From the NCBI GenBank assembly GCA_964613485.1, contig CAZTHB010000002.1, positions 1 through 59,314 of the forward strand: a stretch of DNA of 59,314 bases. The letters run 5' to 3'. Positions 27,131-36,602 of the stretch are shown in pieces (the first letter of the stretch is position 1; each line of letters starts with the position of its first letter). This DNA is from an uncultured Candidatus Saccharibacteria bacterium. Lineage in GTDB: Bacteria; Patescibacteriota; Saccharimonadia; CAILAD01; GCA-016700035. The translations under genes were made by a program, and so were the position numbers. Below the pieces are notes generated by a model, which did no database searches, was not told the DNA's origin, and saw only the letters and a program-made list of their open reading frames with translations.

Positions 27131-29209
27131 TTACGTTTCGATCACTACAGGAAGTACAATCGGATTGCGCTTCGTAACTTTGAAGAGGTAGTTTGCAATC
27201 TCGTCGCGCATGCGTGTCTTGATAATCAGTGAGTTGGCTGGCATTGCTTTATCACGCTTATCAAAGATATTTTGCACGATCTGACGACTCTTCTGTACAA
27301 GTTCGACATTATCTTTCATATAGATAAAGCCACGCGAGATGATATCTGGACTCGTAGCGAGCTTGCCGGTCTTCTTGTCGACCGTTGCAACCACCATAAA
27401 TACTCCACTTTCGCTCATAGCGAGGCGATCCTTCAAGACTATCTCTTGTACGTCACCGATGCCAGCACCGTCGATCAATACAGATCCGGCCTGTACTTTA
27501 GGCCCTTCTTTGACCGAACCTTTTTCATCTACAACGAGAGTCTGGCCATCTTCAATCACAAAGACATTGCTGTCGGCGATGCCTTCAGTCAGCGCGATCG
27601 CGGCGTTATGGAACATATGGTGCATCTCACCGTGGATCGGCAGGTAATACTTCGGTCGTACAAGCCGAATCATTTCTTTAATCTCATCGACACTCGCGTG
27701 CCCCGAGGTGTGCATGGTGCCAAGATCATCAATCGAAGCGGTGGCTGGCTGGTAAACATATGTTCCCCATCGGAACAGATTATCTACCATACCCCAAACC
27801 GACTTCTCATTACCTGGAATAATAGAAGCCGAGAGCACAACAACATCGGAGCCCTTAAGCTTCACGTCGCGGTGATCACCAGTACCCATACGCTGCAAGG
27901 CCGAGAAGGTCTCACCTTGCGAGCCAGTTGATACTACGGCCAATTGACCGTCGGAGTATTTCTCCATATCACGAGCCTTGATGAGTAGTCCGGCTGGGAT
28001 CTTCACATAACCGAGCTTGACTGATAACTCGAGGTTGTTGAGCATACTGCGACCCACCACAACCAGCTTGCGCTTTGACTTTGCGACTGCGTCGATAATG
28101 ATTTGCATACGGGTAATCTGACTTGAGAAAGCAGCAATAATTACGCGCTTGTTGTAGTTGCGCACGAAAATCTCATCGATCGTATCGACAATCTCACTCT
28201 CCGAAGCACTACGGCCAGTCTTTTCACAGCTGGTCGAATCACACATCAGCATTAAGACGCCTTCATCACCGATCTGCTTAAGTCGTTCTTTGTCAGAGGG
28301 TTTCCCATCAATTGGGTTCTCTTCAAAGCGCCAATCACCGGTATTTATAACTGTACCGACTGGTGTGCGAATCACGAGAGAACAAGCATCCGGAATAGAG
28401 TGCGTGATGCGCAAGAATTCGATATTAAACACACCAAGCTGGATGCGATCATGCTTATCTTGATCCACAATGTGCAGCTCTGGCTTAAATGGAAGTTTGT
28501 ATTCCTCAAGCTTGCGCTCGATAAACTTAATCGTAAACTTCGCAGCATAGATCGGAGCCGGAATCTTCGGCAGGAGAAATGGAATACCCCCAACGTGGTC
28601 TTCGTGGGCGTGCGTAATGAGGATTCCACGAATCTTATGCTTGCGCTGTTCGAGATACGTCACATCTGGAACCACGAGATCGATACCTGGCTGGTCTTCG
28701 CCCGGGAAGGAGAAGCCCATGTCCATAATAATAATGTCGTCTTCATACTCCAACGCCATGATATTTTTACCGATTTGATTCAGTCCACCAAGTGGAATGA
28801 TCTTGAGCTTACCAGCATCAATCTTGCTCACTCCAGGGATACTCACTGCAGCCTGTTTGGACGAGCCATTCGTGTTAAAGCTCCCCGTGACGAACGTCTG
28901 AGGGCCCTTTGGCATGCGCATGCGAGGCGGGCGGCCAAGTCCACCACGCTCCTGACGCTGGCCATTACGGCTATTGCCGCCGCCGTTATTATTGCGACCA
29001 CGCTGACCTTGACTCTGTTGGCTACCGCGACCTTGTGTGCGATTCTGAGCGCCGCGTCCTTGCTGCTGACGCTGCGAGCGATCACTTGCGCGCGCCTGTT
29101 CGCTACCCTGTTTTGACGCAGGCGTACGGCGAGTTGTTGATTCTGATTGTACCGAAGGTTTCGGCATGTCGTCGGCCGACAGCGGCCGACTTGTTAAATT
29201 ATCTGACAT
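27131..29209 (-). CDS. rnj: Ribonuclease J with a ~130-aa Arg/Gly/Gln-rich N-terminal extension
   Basis: It has the metallo-beta-lactamase motif ITHAHEDHVGG and the beta-CASP and C-terminal domains. The N-terminus is low complexity (QQQGRGAQNRTQGRGSQQSQGQRGRNNNGGGNSRNGQ). Confidence 0.9.
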   Translation of the reverse strand: MSDNLTSRPLSADDMPKPSVQSESTTRRTPASKQGSEQARASDRSQRQQQGRGAQNRTQGRGSQQSQGQRGRNNNGGGNSRNGQRQERGGLGRPPRMRMPKGPQTFVTGSFNTNGSSKQAAVSIPGVSKIDAGKLKIIPLGGLNQIGKNIMALEYEDDIIIMDMGFSFPGEDQPGIDLVVPDVTYLEQRKHKIRGILITHAHEDHVGGIPFLLPKIPAPIYAAKFTIKFIERKLEEYKLPFKPELHIVDQDKHDRIQLGVFNIEFLRITHSIPDACSLVIRTPVGTVINTGDWRFEENPIDGKPSDKERLKQIGDEGVLMLMCDSTSCEKTGRSASESEIVDTIDEIFVRNYNKRVIIAAFSSQITRMQIIIDAVAKSKRKLVVVGRSMLNNLELSVKLGYVKIPAGLLIKARDMEKYSDGQLAVVSTGSQGETFSALQRMGTGDHRDVKLKGSDVVVLSASIIPGNEKSVWGMVDNLFRWGTYVYQPATASIDDLGTMHTSGHASVDEIKEMIRLVRPKYYLPIHGEMHHMFHNAAIALTEGIADSNVFVIEDGQTLVVDEKGSVKEGPKVQAGSVLIDGAGIGDVQEIVLKDRLAMSESGVFMVVATVDKKTGKLATSPDIISRGFIYMKDNVELVQKSRQIVQNIFDKRDKAMPANSLIIKTRMRDEIANYLFKVTKRNPIVLPVVIET

Positions 29210-29249
29210 AATGTTCCTTTCTTAATCGATTGGTTTTAATGAATAAAAG

Positions 29250-29858
29250 CTAAGTTATTTCCTGAAGGATTTCTGGAATTTTGGCAAAATCTTCCTTCAG
29301 TGTTTCGCGCATTCCACCATTATAAAGGGCAGCTGCAGGATGGTAGAGCGGCAAGAAGACTTGAGCGCGATTTTTGCCGGCATGCGCGTAGGTGTGCTTG
29401 ATAGGCTGACCGTGCGCCTGGCCAATTTTCTTCTCGGGGAAGAATACCGACATCGAGTGGCGCCCGAGAAAGACTACCAATTTTGGCTGAATGATTTCGA
29501 TTTGCTCTAGGAGGTACGGGAGACAGGCCTGAATCTCATCGGGGAGCGGGTCGCGATTATTGGGCGGACGATATTTCACAACATTCGTGATGAATACGTC
29601 CTCGCGCGTCATTCCGATAGACTCAAGCATTTCTGCCAGAAACTTACCGGACGCGCCAACAAACGGTCGGCCTTGACGATCTTCCTCTGCCCCGGGGGCT
29701 TCACCCACAAACACGATGTCTGCTTCTGGGTCACCCTCGCCGGGCACAGGATTGCTTACTGATTTACATAATTCGGTACAAACCTCACAAGAGGCAATGC
29801 GAGCGGCGATTTGATCAAGTTTGGTTTGTCTTTGAACACGTTCGTCGCCCGCCATCAT
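29250..29858 (-). CDS. Family 4 uracil-DNA glycosylase
   Basis: It carries VFVGEAPGAEEDRQGRPFVGASGKFL plus an N-terminal Cys cluster (CEVCTELC). Confidence 0.9.
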   Translation of the reverse strand: MMAGDERVQRQTKLDQIAARIASCEVCTELCKSVSNPVPGEGDPEADIVFVGEAPGAEEDRQGRPFVGASGKFLAEMLESIGMTREDVFITNVVKYRPPNNRDPLPDEIQACLPYLLEQIEIIQPKLVVFLGRHSMSVFFPEKKIGQAHGQPIKHTYAHAGKNRAQVFLPLYHPAAALYNGGMRETLKEDFAKIPEILQEIT

Positions 29859-29862
29859 GTAC

Positions 29863-32004
29863 CTAGTTGGATTGAGCAGCTTTTTTGCTCAAATTAAACC
29901 TTCCTCGGTCGTCTTTCTCGAGCAGCTTCACCTTTATCTTGTCACCTTCCTTCAGTTCATCACTTACTTTTTCAACACGATGTTCGGCTATCTGGCTGAC
30001 ATGAACGAGTCCTTCACGACCCGGCATAAACTCTACAAAGGCACCAAACTCCATGAGTTTTGTAACCGTGCCGTCATATATCTTGCCTACTTCTGGCTCA
30101 GCGGTAATTGCCTCAATCCATGTTTTAGCCTGCTCGGCCTTCTCTGCGTCTTCGGAATAAATCATCACCAAGCCAGAGTCCTCGATATCGATTTGAGTAC
30201 CAGTCTCCTCGGTGATCTTGCGAATAGTCTCACCCCCCTTACCGATAACTTCCTTGATCTTATCAGGATTAATCGTAAGCTTTGTAATGCGTGGTGCATA
30301 AGGAGACATTTCAGAACGTGCTTCAGGAAGGATCTTCATCATTTCTCCCATGATGTGAGCCCTGCCTTCCTTTGCCTGCGCAAGCGCATCGCGCATGATT
30401 TCTACCGTAATACCCTTGACCTTAATATCCATCTGAAGAGCGGTGATGCCTTCACTCGAACCAGCAACCTTAAAGTCCATATCTCCGGCAAAGTCTTCGG
30501 CACCCTGGATATCCGAGAGAATAATGTACTTACCAGGATTAGCGTGATCAATCACTAACCCCATCGCAATTCCAGAAATCGGGCGCTTCAGTGGTACGCC
30601 AGCATCCATCAGCGACAAGGTTGAACCACAAACTGATGCCATGCTAGTCGAGCCATTTGAGCTCAAGATCTCCGACACGACACGTATTGCATACGGGAAA
30701 TCTTCCATTGTAGGGATCATCGGCTCGAGTGCACGTTCAGCTAAAGCACCGTGCCCAATTTCGCGACGACCTGTACCGCGCAACGGTCGCGCTTCACCGG
30801 TTGAATATGGTGGGAAGTTGTAGTGATGCATATAACGCTTACTCGTATCCTCTTCCATCGTGTCAATCAACTGTGCAAAGCTCGTCGGTGCAAGCGTCGT
30901 CAATGTCAATGCTTGAGTAGTTCCGCGCGTAAAGATCGCCGAACCGTGCGTGCGTGGCAATACACCCGCAGCACCAGAAATCGGACGGATTTCAGTAGTC
31001 TTGCGCTGATCAGGTCGCTCTCCATCTTCGAGAATAGCCCGACGAATCTCATTATCTATAGCTTTCGTAAAGGCTTCTTTGACCTTCCCCGCAGAAAATC
31101 GTTCTTTGTCGTCTTCCATCTCGGCAGGAAGCGGACCAAACTCCGCCAGCACCGCTTCACGAAGCTCATTAATCGAATCCTGACGCTTTAGGCCATCTGT
31201 GTGGCGAACATATTGTCCGAGCTTGCCATCAAGAAACTGCTCGATCTTCTCAGTAAGCTCTTGATCCGCCTTAAACAGATCAAACTTCTGAGACACAACG
31301 CCCATTTCTTTGACCATCTGCTCTTGGAGCTCAATTACAGGGCGCCAAGAATCAATCGATAGCTGCAAGGCTTCGAGCATTGTCTCCTCGCTCACTTCCT
31401 CCGCACCAGCTTCAACCATCATGATGGCATCCTTGGTACCTGCAACCGTCAGATTGAGCGTACTAGCATCTTGTTCGCTATTCGTGGGAAATGGGACGAG
31501 TTTTCCGTCTATCTGACCAATACGAATACCGGCCACGGGGCCCTCAAACGGCGCGCCCGTTAGCATAAGTGCGCTCGAGGCAGCAATGATGCCGATAATG
31601 TCTGGCTCATGCTCCATATCGACTGATAGTGGCATAACAACGACTTGGACGTCATTACGGTAACCCTTAGGGAAAAGCGGGCGAATCGGGCGGTCTATCA
31701 AGCGACAAGTCAAAATCGCCTTCTCGCTCGGACGCCCTTCACGCTTAATGAAACGGCTACCCGAGATCTTGCCAGCTGCATACATACGCTCTTCATAATC
31801 AATGAGTAGTGGAAAGAAATCCTGATCGGGCTTAGGCTCCGCTGCAACCACTGCGGATGCAAACACAACCGTATCGCCATAACGTACAGTTACGGCGCCA
31901 GTCGCTAAGAACGCGAGGTTCCCTGTTTCAATAGTTAGTTTTTTTCCTGCAAATTCAGCTTCGAAGGTGGCTTGCTTGCCACCAAACGGATGAATAATAT
32001 TCAT
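29863..32004 (-). CDS. pnp: Polyribonucleotide nucleotidyltransferase (PNPase)
   Basis: The 713-aa protein has two RNase PH domains, a KH domain (GKGGETIRKITEETG) and an S1 domain (GKIYDGTVTKLMEFGAFVEF). Confidence 0.97.
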   Translation of the reverse strand: MNIIHPFGGKQATFEAEFAGKKLTIETGNLAFLATGAVTVRYGDTVVFASAVVAAEPKPDQDFFPLLIDYEERMYAAGKISGSRFIKREGRPSEKAILTCRLIDRPIRPLFPKGYRNDVQVVVMPLSVDMEHEPDIIGIIAASSALMLTGAPFEGPVAGIRIGQIDGKLVPFPTNSEQDASTLNLTVAGTKDAIMMVEAGAEEVSEETMLEALQLSIDSWRPVIELQEQMVKEMGVVSQKFDLFKADQELTEKIEQFLDGKLGQYVRHTDGLKRQDSINELREAVLAEFGPLPAEMEDDKERFSAGKVKEAFTKAIDNEIRRAILEDGERPDQRKTTEIRPISGAAGVLPRTHGSAIFTRGTTQALTLTTLAPTSFAQLIDTMEEDTSKRYMHHYNFPPYSTGEARPLRGTGRREIGHGALAERALEPMIPTMEDFPYAIRVVSEILSSNGSTSMASVCGSTLSLMDAGVPLKRPISGIAMGLVIDHANPGKYIILSDIQGAEDFAGDMDFKVAGSSEGITALQMDIKVKGITVEIMRDALAQAKEGRAHIMGEMMKILPEARSEMSPYAPRITKLTINPDKIKEVIGKGGETIRKITEETGTQIDIEDSGLVMIYSEDAEKAEQAKTWIEAITAEPEVGKIYDGTVTKLMEFGAFVEFMPGREGLVHVSQIAEHRVEKVSDELKEGDKIKVKLLEKDDRGRFNLSKKAAQSN

Positions 32005-32226
32005 ATATTTCCTTATATTCCTTCTTCAGTTCTTGAGGTAAGTCTGCACTGATTCTTGTCAGGTGCCAGAGAACATATGACCAGGTCGTCTCGTGACGAT
32101 GATCCTATCTACTCTTTCACCTGCTTGTCATGCAGAGCGAAGTTATTTAGTTATCAATAGATATATTTTACTACAAAAAACGCATAATCGTTATTTTAAG
32201 AAGGGGCTTCCATACGGCATTAACTG

Positions 32227-32300
32227 CAAGGCGAATTCGAGGGGCGGACTGAGCCATACGATTAGTACGATGAGGGAGCACCGGAGAAGCTAACGCAGCG
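32227..32300. repeat. Copy B of the ~75-nt conserved intergenic motif (between rpsO stop and pnp start)
   Basis: It has CAAGGCGA-N30-GTACGATGAG at the same spacing as 18193-18268. It sits inside the 317-nt rpsO-pnp spacer. Confidence 0.35.
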
Positions 32301-32321
32301 ATTTGTACGTATGGAGGTCGA

Positions 32322-32591
32322 TTAGCGACGGAGCTTGAGCTTCTTCACGATAGCCTCGTACCGCTCCTGAGATGACTTCTGTAAGTAATCTAGGAGGCGT
32401 CGGCGCTTCGAAACCATAGCAAGCAAACCACGACGACTGTGATTGTCCTGCTTATGCTTCTTCAGGTGATCAGTGAGTTGCGCAATCTTAGTAGTAAAAA
32501 TCGCAATTTGAACTTCGGCAGAGCCCGTGTCCTTGGCATGCTTACCGTGCTTTTTGACCAATGATTTTTTGTCGAGTTGTGTTGTAGTCAT
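32322..32591 (-). CDS. rpsO: 30S ribosomal protein S15
   Basis: The 89-aa protein carries [37 protein letters not shown]. The rpsO-pnp gene order is present. Confidence 0.95.
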   Translation of the reverse strand: MTTTQLDKKSLVKKHGKHAKDTGSAEVQIAIFTTKIAQLTDHLKKHKQDNHSRRGLLAMVSKRRRLLDYLQKSSQERYEAIVKKLKLRR

Positions 32592-32609
32592 AATAGTTTA
32601 CTCAGTATA

Positions 32610-33275
32610 TCAGATAGGGAGAATATTTTCAAGTGCTACGGCGTCCCGTACATCATATTCACCAATTTTTGTACGTCGCAGAGCGGTCAGATATGCACCA
32701 GTCTGGAGTCCCTCCCCCAAATCTCGCGCCAAAGATCGAATATATGTCCCGCTCGAGACACGCACCGTAGCAGTAATTACAGGGTAGTCGTATGAAATAT
32801 CACGCCATTCACAAACTGTGACCGGACGTGGGGCTAGCTCAACCTGAGCACCTTCTCTGGCAAGCTTGTAAGCTCGCTTCCCGCCCACTTTCATCGCGCT
32901 GTAGATAGGGGGCGTTTGTAGTATCTCCCCTGTTAGCCCCATTATGACCTGATCGACTTGCTCTTGAGTAGGTCTCAAATTACTTACTTGTGTGCGCTTG
33001 CCTTCCAGGTCATCCGTTGTCGAGGTCTCTCCTAGCGTAATCTCAAGTTCGTATTCTTTGTCTTGCTTTAAGAGCGAATCTGCCTGACGAGTAAACTCCT
33101 TCCCCACCAGAAGCAACAAGAGCCCGGTTGCCAACGGATCAAGCGTACCGGCATGTCCGATCTTCTTAATCCCCGTGAGCTTGCGTAAAACATACACAGC
33201 CCAAAATGAACTCTTTTTATATGGCTTGTCGACGAGCCAAAGCCCTTGTGGTTCAGACAATTTTCCGCGTTTCAT
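32610..33275 (-). CDS. truB: tRNA pseudouridine(55) synthase
   Basis: It has the catalytic motif GHAGTLDPLATGLL and the truB-rpsO-pnp gene order. Confidence 0.9.
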   Translation of the reverse strand: MKRGKLSEPQGLWLVDKPYKKSSFWAVYVLRKLTGIKKIGHAGTLDPLATGLLLLLVGKEFTRQADSLLKQDKEYELEITLGETSTTDDLEGKRTQVSNLRPTQEQVDQVIMGLTGEILQTPPIYSAMKVGGKRAYKLAREGAQVELAPRPVTVCEWRDISYDYPVITATVRVSSGTYIRSLARDLGEGLQTGAYLTALRRTKIGEYDVRDAVALENILPI

Positions 33276-33319
33276 AATGAATACAAATAGTATGCGCTTT
33301 TTACTATAAATGCGCGAGT

Positions 33320-34237
33320 TTATTGAATTCCAGGACTGACTACTTGAGGCTGAACCTGCTGAGCTTGAACACTATTTTCAGATTGCTTAAGCTGCTCGGC
33401 AGCTGCTTGAAGCTGCTGCAACGTATCGCTCGGTAACGTCTGTGCGACGGTTTTTTGCTCCGTTTTTTCTTGCGGCTTCTGTGTACTAAACAGTACTTTG
33501 ACGATCTCTTGCTGCCGTGCGCCGTTACTCATCAGCTGCGCCGCCATAGTAAGGGCTTTTGCTGTTGTAGACGCTGTCGTAAAGCGGTTTGTATTTGCCA
33601 TAATCCCTGCAAGCAAAGCTGTGGCAATATCCGCGTTCATTAATCCTGAGCCAAGCGAATCAATTGTGCCAATCAACATCTCACACACGCTCGTAGCGTT
33701 AGTATCAATGAAGTTAACACTTCCGTACTGCTCATTTACTCGATGAAAATCGTAATTTATAAGATGAAGCCCGTCAAAAAGGGTTGGATTCTGCTCGAGA
33801 AGTGCGTCAATCTTACCAATTGAAAGCACACCGATCACAACCACGAGATCAAACTGAAATGCCCCGTATGAGAAGCTAGCATCTGACGATTTGAAATTGC
33901 CGGCGTGAGGAGTAATAGTGACATTGAGCCGTCCATCTGCCACATCGTATTTTAGTTTTTCTACTTCTACATGAGCGAGATCGAGTGAAACAATAAAGTC
34001 ACGTACTCCGTCGAGAGTACGAGAGATTTTGCCCGTATCTACAACTCCAGCACCAAGTGGTAGCTCGTCTGTAATTACAGCATGCGATTTTTTGCCAGCT
34101 GCAGCCAGCGCGTTTTGTAGCGCAAAGACCCCCATCACTTGATCAAGTGATGGCTGGCGGCCAGTGACGATCAGGACACTTTCGGCCTGCTTCAATAGCT
34201 CCGTGGCTTGTTGCTTCGGGGTAATCTCGGTATTCAT
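33320..34237 (-). CDS. DHH-family (NrnA-like) phosphoesterase homolog with degenerate catalytic motifs
   Basis: Length and layout fit NrnA. However, the expected DHH motif reads DFH (NYDFHRVN) and the first Asp-rich motif reads SLDQVMG. Confidence 0.6.
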   Translation of the reverse strand: MNTEITPKQQATELLKQAESVLIVTGRQPSLDQVMGVFALQNALAAAGKKSHAVITDELPLGAGVVDTGKISRTLDGVRDFIVSLDLAHVEVEKLKYDVADGRLNVTITPHAGNFKSSDASFSYGAFQFDLVVVIGVLSIGKIDALLEQNPTLFDGLHLINYDFHRVNEQYGSVNFIDTNATSVCEMLIGTIDSLGSGLMNADIATALLAGIMANTNRFTTASTTAKALTMAAQLMSNGARQQEIVKVLFSTQKPQEKTEQKTVAQTLPSDTLQQLQAAAEQLKQSENSVQAQQVQPQVVSPGIQ

Positions 34238-34336
34238 AAGTTATACGTATTCTTTAAGAGAATATGATATTGTACCTGATTTGATTATTAATGTCAATAG
34301 CATAACTTTTTTGTACGCGCTCGGATGAGTAATACT

Positions 34337-34365
34337 TTGACAAATTATCAGGTTTGAGTTATGAT
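34337..34365 (+). promoter_or_regulatory. Sigma-70-type promoter of rpsT
   Basis: TTGACA (34337-34342) is followed by a 17-nt spacer and TATGAT (34360-34365). The 5' UTR contains a GCGCCC...GGGCGC hairpin. Confidence 0.65.
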
Positions 34366-34429
34366 ACATCGGTCTCGCGCCCACCCCATCTAAGTCGGGC
34401 GCCAACAGCATAAACAAGGATTGTAATGA

Positions 34430-34774
34430 ATGCCAATTATTAAATCAGCTATGAAGAGAGTTCGTCAGCAAGCCAAGCGCCGTTCACGCAACCTGGCTGC
34501 AAAGCGAAACATCAAGGCTTCGAGCAAGCAGACACTTGCTGCAATAGCAACGAATGACATTAAGGCCGCCCAAGAATCGCTTAAACAGGCTATTTCGCAG
34601 ATCGATAAGGCTGCAAAGAAAGGCACCTTGCACAAAAACACCGCCGCACGCCGCAAGAGCTCCCTTACCCGTTCATATAACTCTGTCAGCGATACTGCTT
34701 ACGGCACAGATAAAGCGGTCAAAAAAGCAGCAAAACCGGCTGCAAAAAAGGCTCCCGCTAAAAAAGCTGCCTAG
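34430..34774 (+). CDS. rpsT: 30S ribosomal protein S20 (with Lys/Ala-rich C-terminal tail)
   Basis: It begins MPIIKSAMKRVRQQAKRRSRNLAAKR..., a typical S20 N-terminus. Confidence 0.9.
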   Translation: MPIIKSAMKRVRQQAKRRSRNLAAKRNIKASSKQTLAAIATNDIKAAQESLKQAISQIDKAAKKGTLHKNTAARRKSSLTRSYNSVSDTAYGTDKAVKKAAKPAAKKAPAKKAA

Positions 34775-34785
34775 GCTCGCTAGCC

Positions 34786-35706
34786 TCACGCCCGCGAAGC
34801 AAGACTTAGCACCAGATCAGTCATGGCCTGGTGCGGTTTTTTTATTCCTGACTTTATATCCACATCCGCCAATAAGAGATCCCGATAGCTTGCTGCGAGG
34901 CTTTCGGCGCTATAGCCACGAGATTGTTGTTTTGCCTTTGATGCTGCGTAAGGCTTGATATTGCATTGCTTTAGCTCCTCAGGGGTAGCGTCGTGAAAAA
35001 CCATTGTCATAACTCGAAAATGCCACTGTAGAGTTGCTAGAATCTGCTGCTCATTCGCTCCGATCCGCATAAGCTCATCATATAACCGTAGGCTACGCTG
35101 AGCATCGCCAGACTGAATGGACGCTATAAGATCAAAAACGGAGCTCGTCGGATCAGTCTGCACGACATCAAGGATGCGCTCTCGAGTGATTTGCTCACCG
35201 CCTGCAGCCAACTTATCGAGCTCATGATGTAACCGCCACTGATCACCAGCCACGCGCTGCACGAGTAATTGAGCAGCAGCTCGGTCTAGAAGTGCATCCC
35301 TGCGACTCGCCTCTTGCAGGAGCCAGGTAACTAATTGAGGCTCCGACAATGCGTCATGCAGCTTGGCAGAAGGGTGTGCGGCCAGCGTCTTATATAACTT
35401 GGAACGCTTATCCATACCGCGTCCGTCTAATACTGCGACCGTCGAATCTGGCACCTTCTCGAGTAATGTCATCAAAGCATCCCCTTCAGTAGTCACCTGC
35501 CCAAGAGAGCGAACCATTACCAGGCGATGAGAATAAAACATTGGTACCGCCAAGAGCTGTTGCTCAAGATATGTGAGTGATGATTCGGCCAAGTCACATT
35601 CAACCATTTCAAGCGCATCGGCGTATTTGCGCGCATACTGCTGTTTAAGCTTCGACATATGCTGCACTATCGCATAGTCATTACTCCCGCCAAGGAAAAC
35701 AATCAT
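34786..35706 (-). CDS. holA: DNA polymerase III delta subunit
   Basis: The 306-aa protein has the helical C-terminal pattern of HolA. It is coupled with mutM by a 4-nt overlap. The assignment rests on overall pattern only. Confidence 0.65.
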   Translation of the reverse strand: MIVFLGGSNDYAIVQHMSKLKQQYARKYADALEMVECDLAESSLTYLEQQLLAVPMFYSHRLVMVRSLGQVTTEGDALMTLLEKVPDSTVAVLDGRGMDKRSKLYKTLAAHPSAKLHDALSEPQLVTWLLQEASRRDALLDRAAAQLLVQRVAGDQWRLHHELDKLAAGGEQITRERILDVVQTDPTSSVFDLIASIQSGDAQRSLRLYDELMRIGANEQQILATLQWHFRVMTMVFHDATPEELKQCNIKPYAASKAKQQSRGYSAESLAASYRDLLLADVDIKSGIKKPHQAMTDLVLSLASRA

Positions 35707-36584
35707 AGCTTAGGTTCCGGCTGACAGCGAGGACAAATATGGGTACCTCGCCCCGCTACTCTTAGCTTCACTATGGTTGCTTCACAACGCTCGCAGGATT
35801 GCCCCTCGCGCCGAAACACTTTAGCGAATGTTAGATAGCTCCCCTTTTTGCCCTCTGCATCAACGTAATTTTTATCGCTTGATCCCCCTAGAGATATCGA
35901 CAACTGCATCACCGATCGCAAAGCTTGATAAAGCCTACGAAGTTTGATCGTACTCACTTTTCCTACGAGCGTCGCGGGATGAATGCGCGCAGCATATAGC
36001 CCTTCATCGGCATAAATATTCCCTACTCCAGCCATGACCGACTGATCCATGATCGCTGCCTTAATGCTCGTCCGTTTACGACGCTGTAAACGCTCGCGAA
36101 AAAGATCAAATGTAAAATCCACATCCAGCATTTCAGGCCCCAACTTGGCCATAAAGCTGTCTTCTGGCACACGGGCAGTCTCGACTAATTTCATCCAACC
36201 AAACTTGCGTTGATCATTGAAGAATAACTTCGAACCATCTTCAAAAGACACAGTGACGCGCGTACTACGGTCAGGAAGGCGGCCAATCAGACTATCTGTC
36301 GGATGCCCGCCACCAAAGCCTTCCCCCACTTTAGGACGAAACACCAACTGTCCCGTCATCTTCAAATGTACGATGAGCGAATAGCCCGTATCCAACTGAA
36401 TAATAAGGCCTTTGCCACGACGATCAATATCTGTGACTTGTGAGCCGATAAGCTTAGTATCCACTAATTCGGGGTCATTCGGGAAACCCTTGAGGGTGTC
36501 TGTCTCGACGGCAACGACGGTCCGGCCCGGAAGCATGCTCAGTAAACCAAGTCGAATTGTTTCGACTTCAGGAAGTTCCGGCAT
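35703..36584 (-). CDS. mutM: Formamidopyrimidine-DNA glycosylase
   Basis: It has the N-terminus MPELPEVE, an H2TH region and a C-terminal zinc finger (CERCEATI...CPRCQ). Confidence 0.9.
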   Translation of the reverse strand: MPELPEVETIRLGLLSMLPGRTVVAVETDTLKGFPNDPELVDTKLIGSQVTDIDRRGKGLIIQLDTGYSLIVHLKMTGQLVFRPKVGEGFGGGHPTDSLIGRLPDRSTRVTVSFEDGSKLFFNDQRKFGWMKLVETARVPEDSFMAKLGPEMLDVDFTFDLFRERLQRRKRTSIKAAIMDQSVMAGVGNIYADEGLYAARIHPATLVGKVSTIKLRRLYQALRSVMQLSISLGGSSDKNYVDAEGKKGSYLTFAKVFRREGQSCERCEATIVKLRVAGRGTHICPRCQPEPKL

Positions 36585-36602
36585 GCTCTTCCCCCTGCAG
36601 GA

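Noticed and set aside
27272-29116. Plus-strand ORFs of 219 aa (27272-27931) and 238 aa (28400-29116).
   Set aside because: They are antisense to RNase J, whose catalytic motifs are unambiguous. They have no translation signals.
29857-30558. A 233-aa plus-strand ORF.
   Set aside because: It lies entirely antisense to the well-supported pnp gene and has a low-complexity, Leu/Phe/Cys-rich sequence.
32093-32293. A 66-aa plus-strand ORF in the rpsO-pnp spacer.
   Set aside because: It has no SD. It lies antisense to the pnp leader and overlaps the conserved motif. Its composition is not protein-like.
32271-32300. Resemblance of gcaccggagaagc to the SRP RNA domain IV (CCGGAAGGAAGC).
   Set aside because: No flanking helix or GNRA-closed hairpin can be drawn. 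The match is too short.
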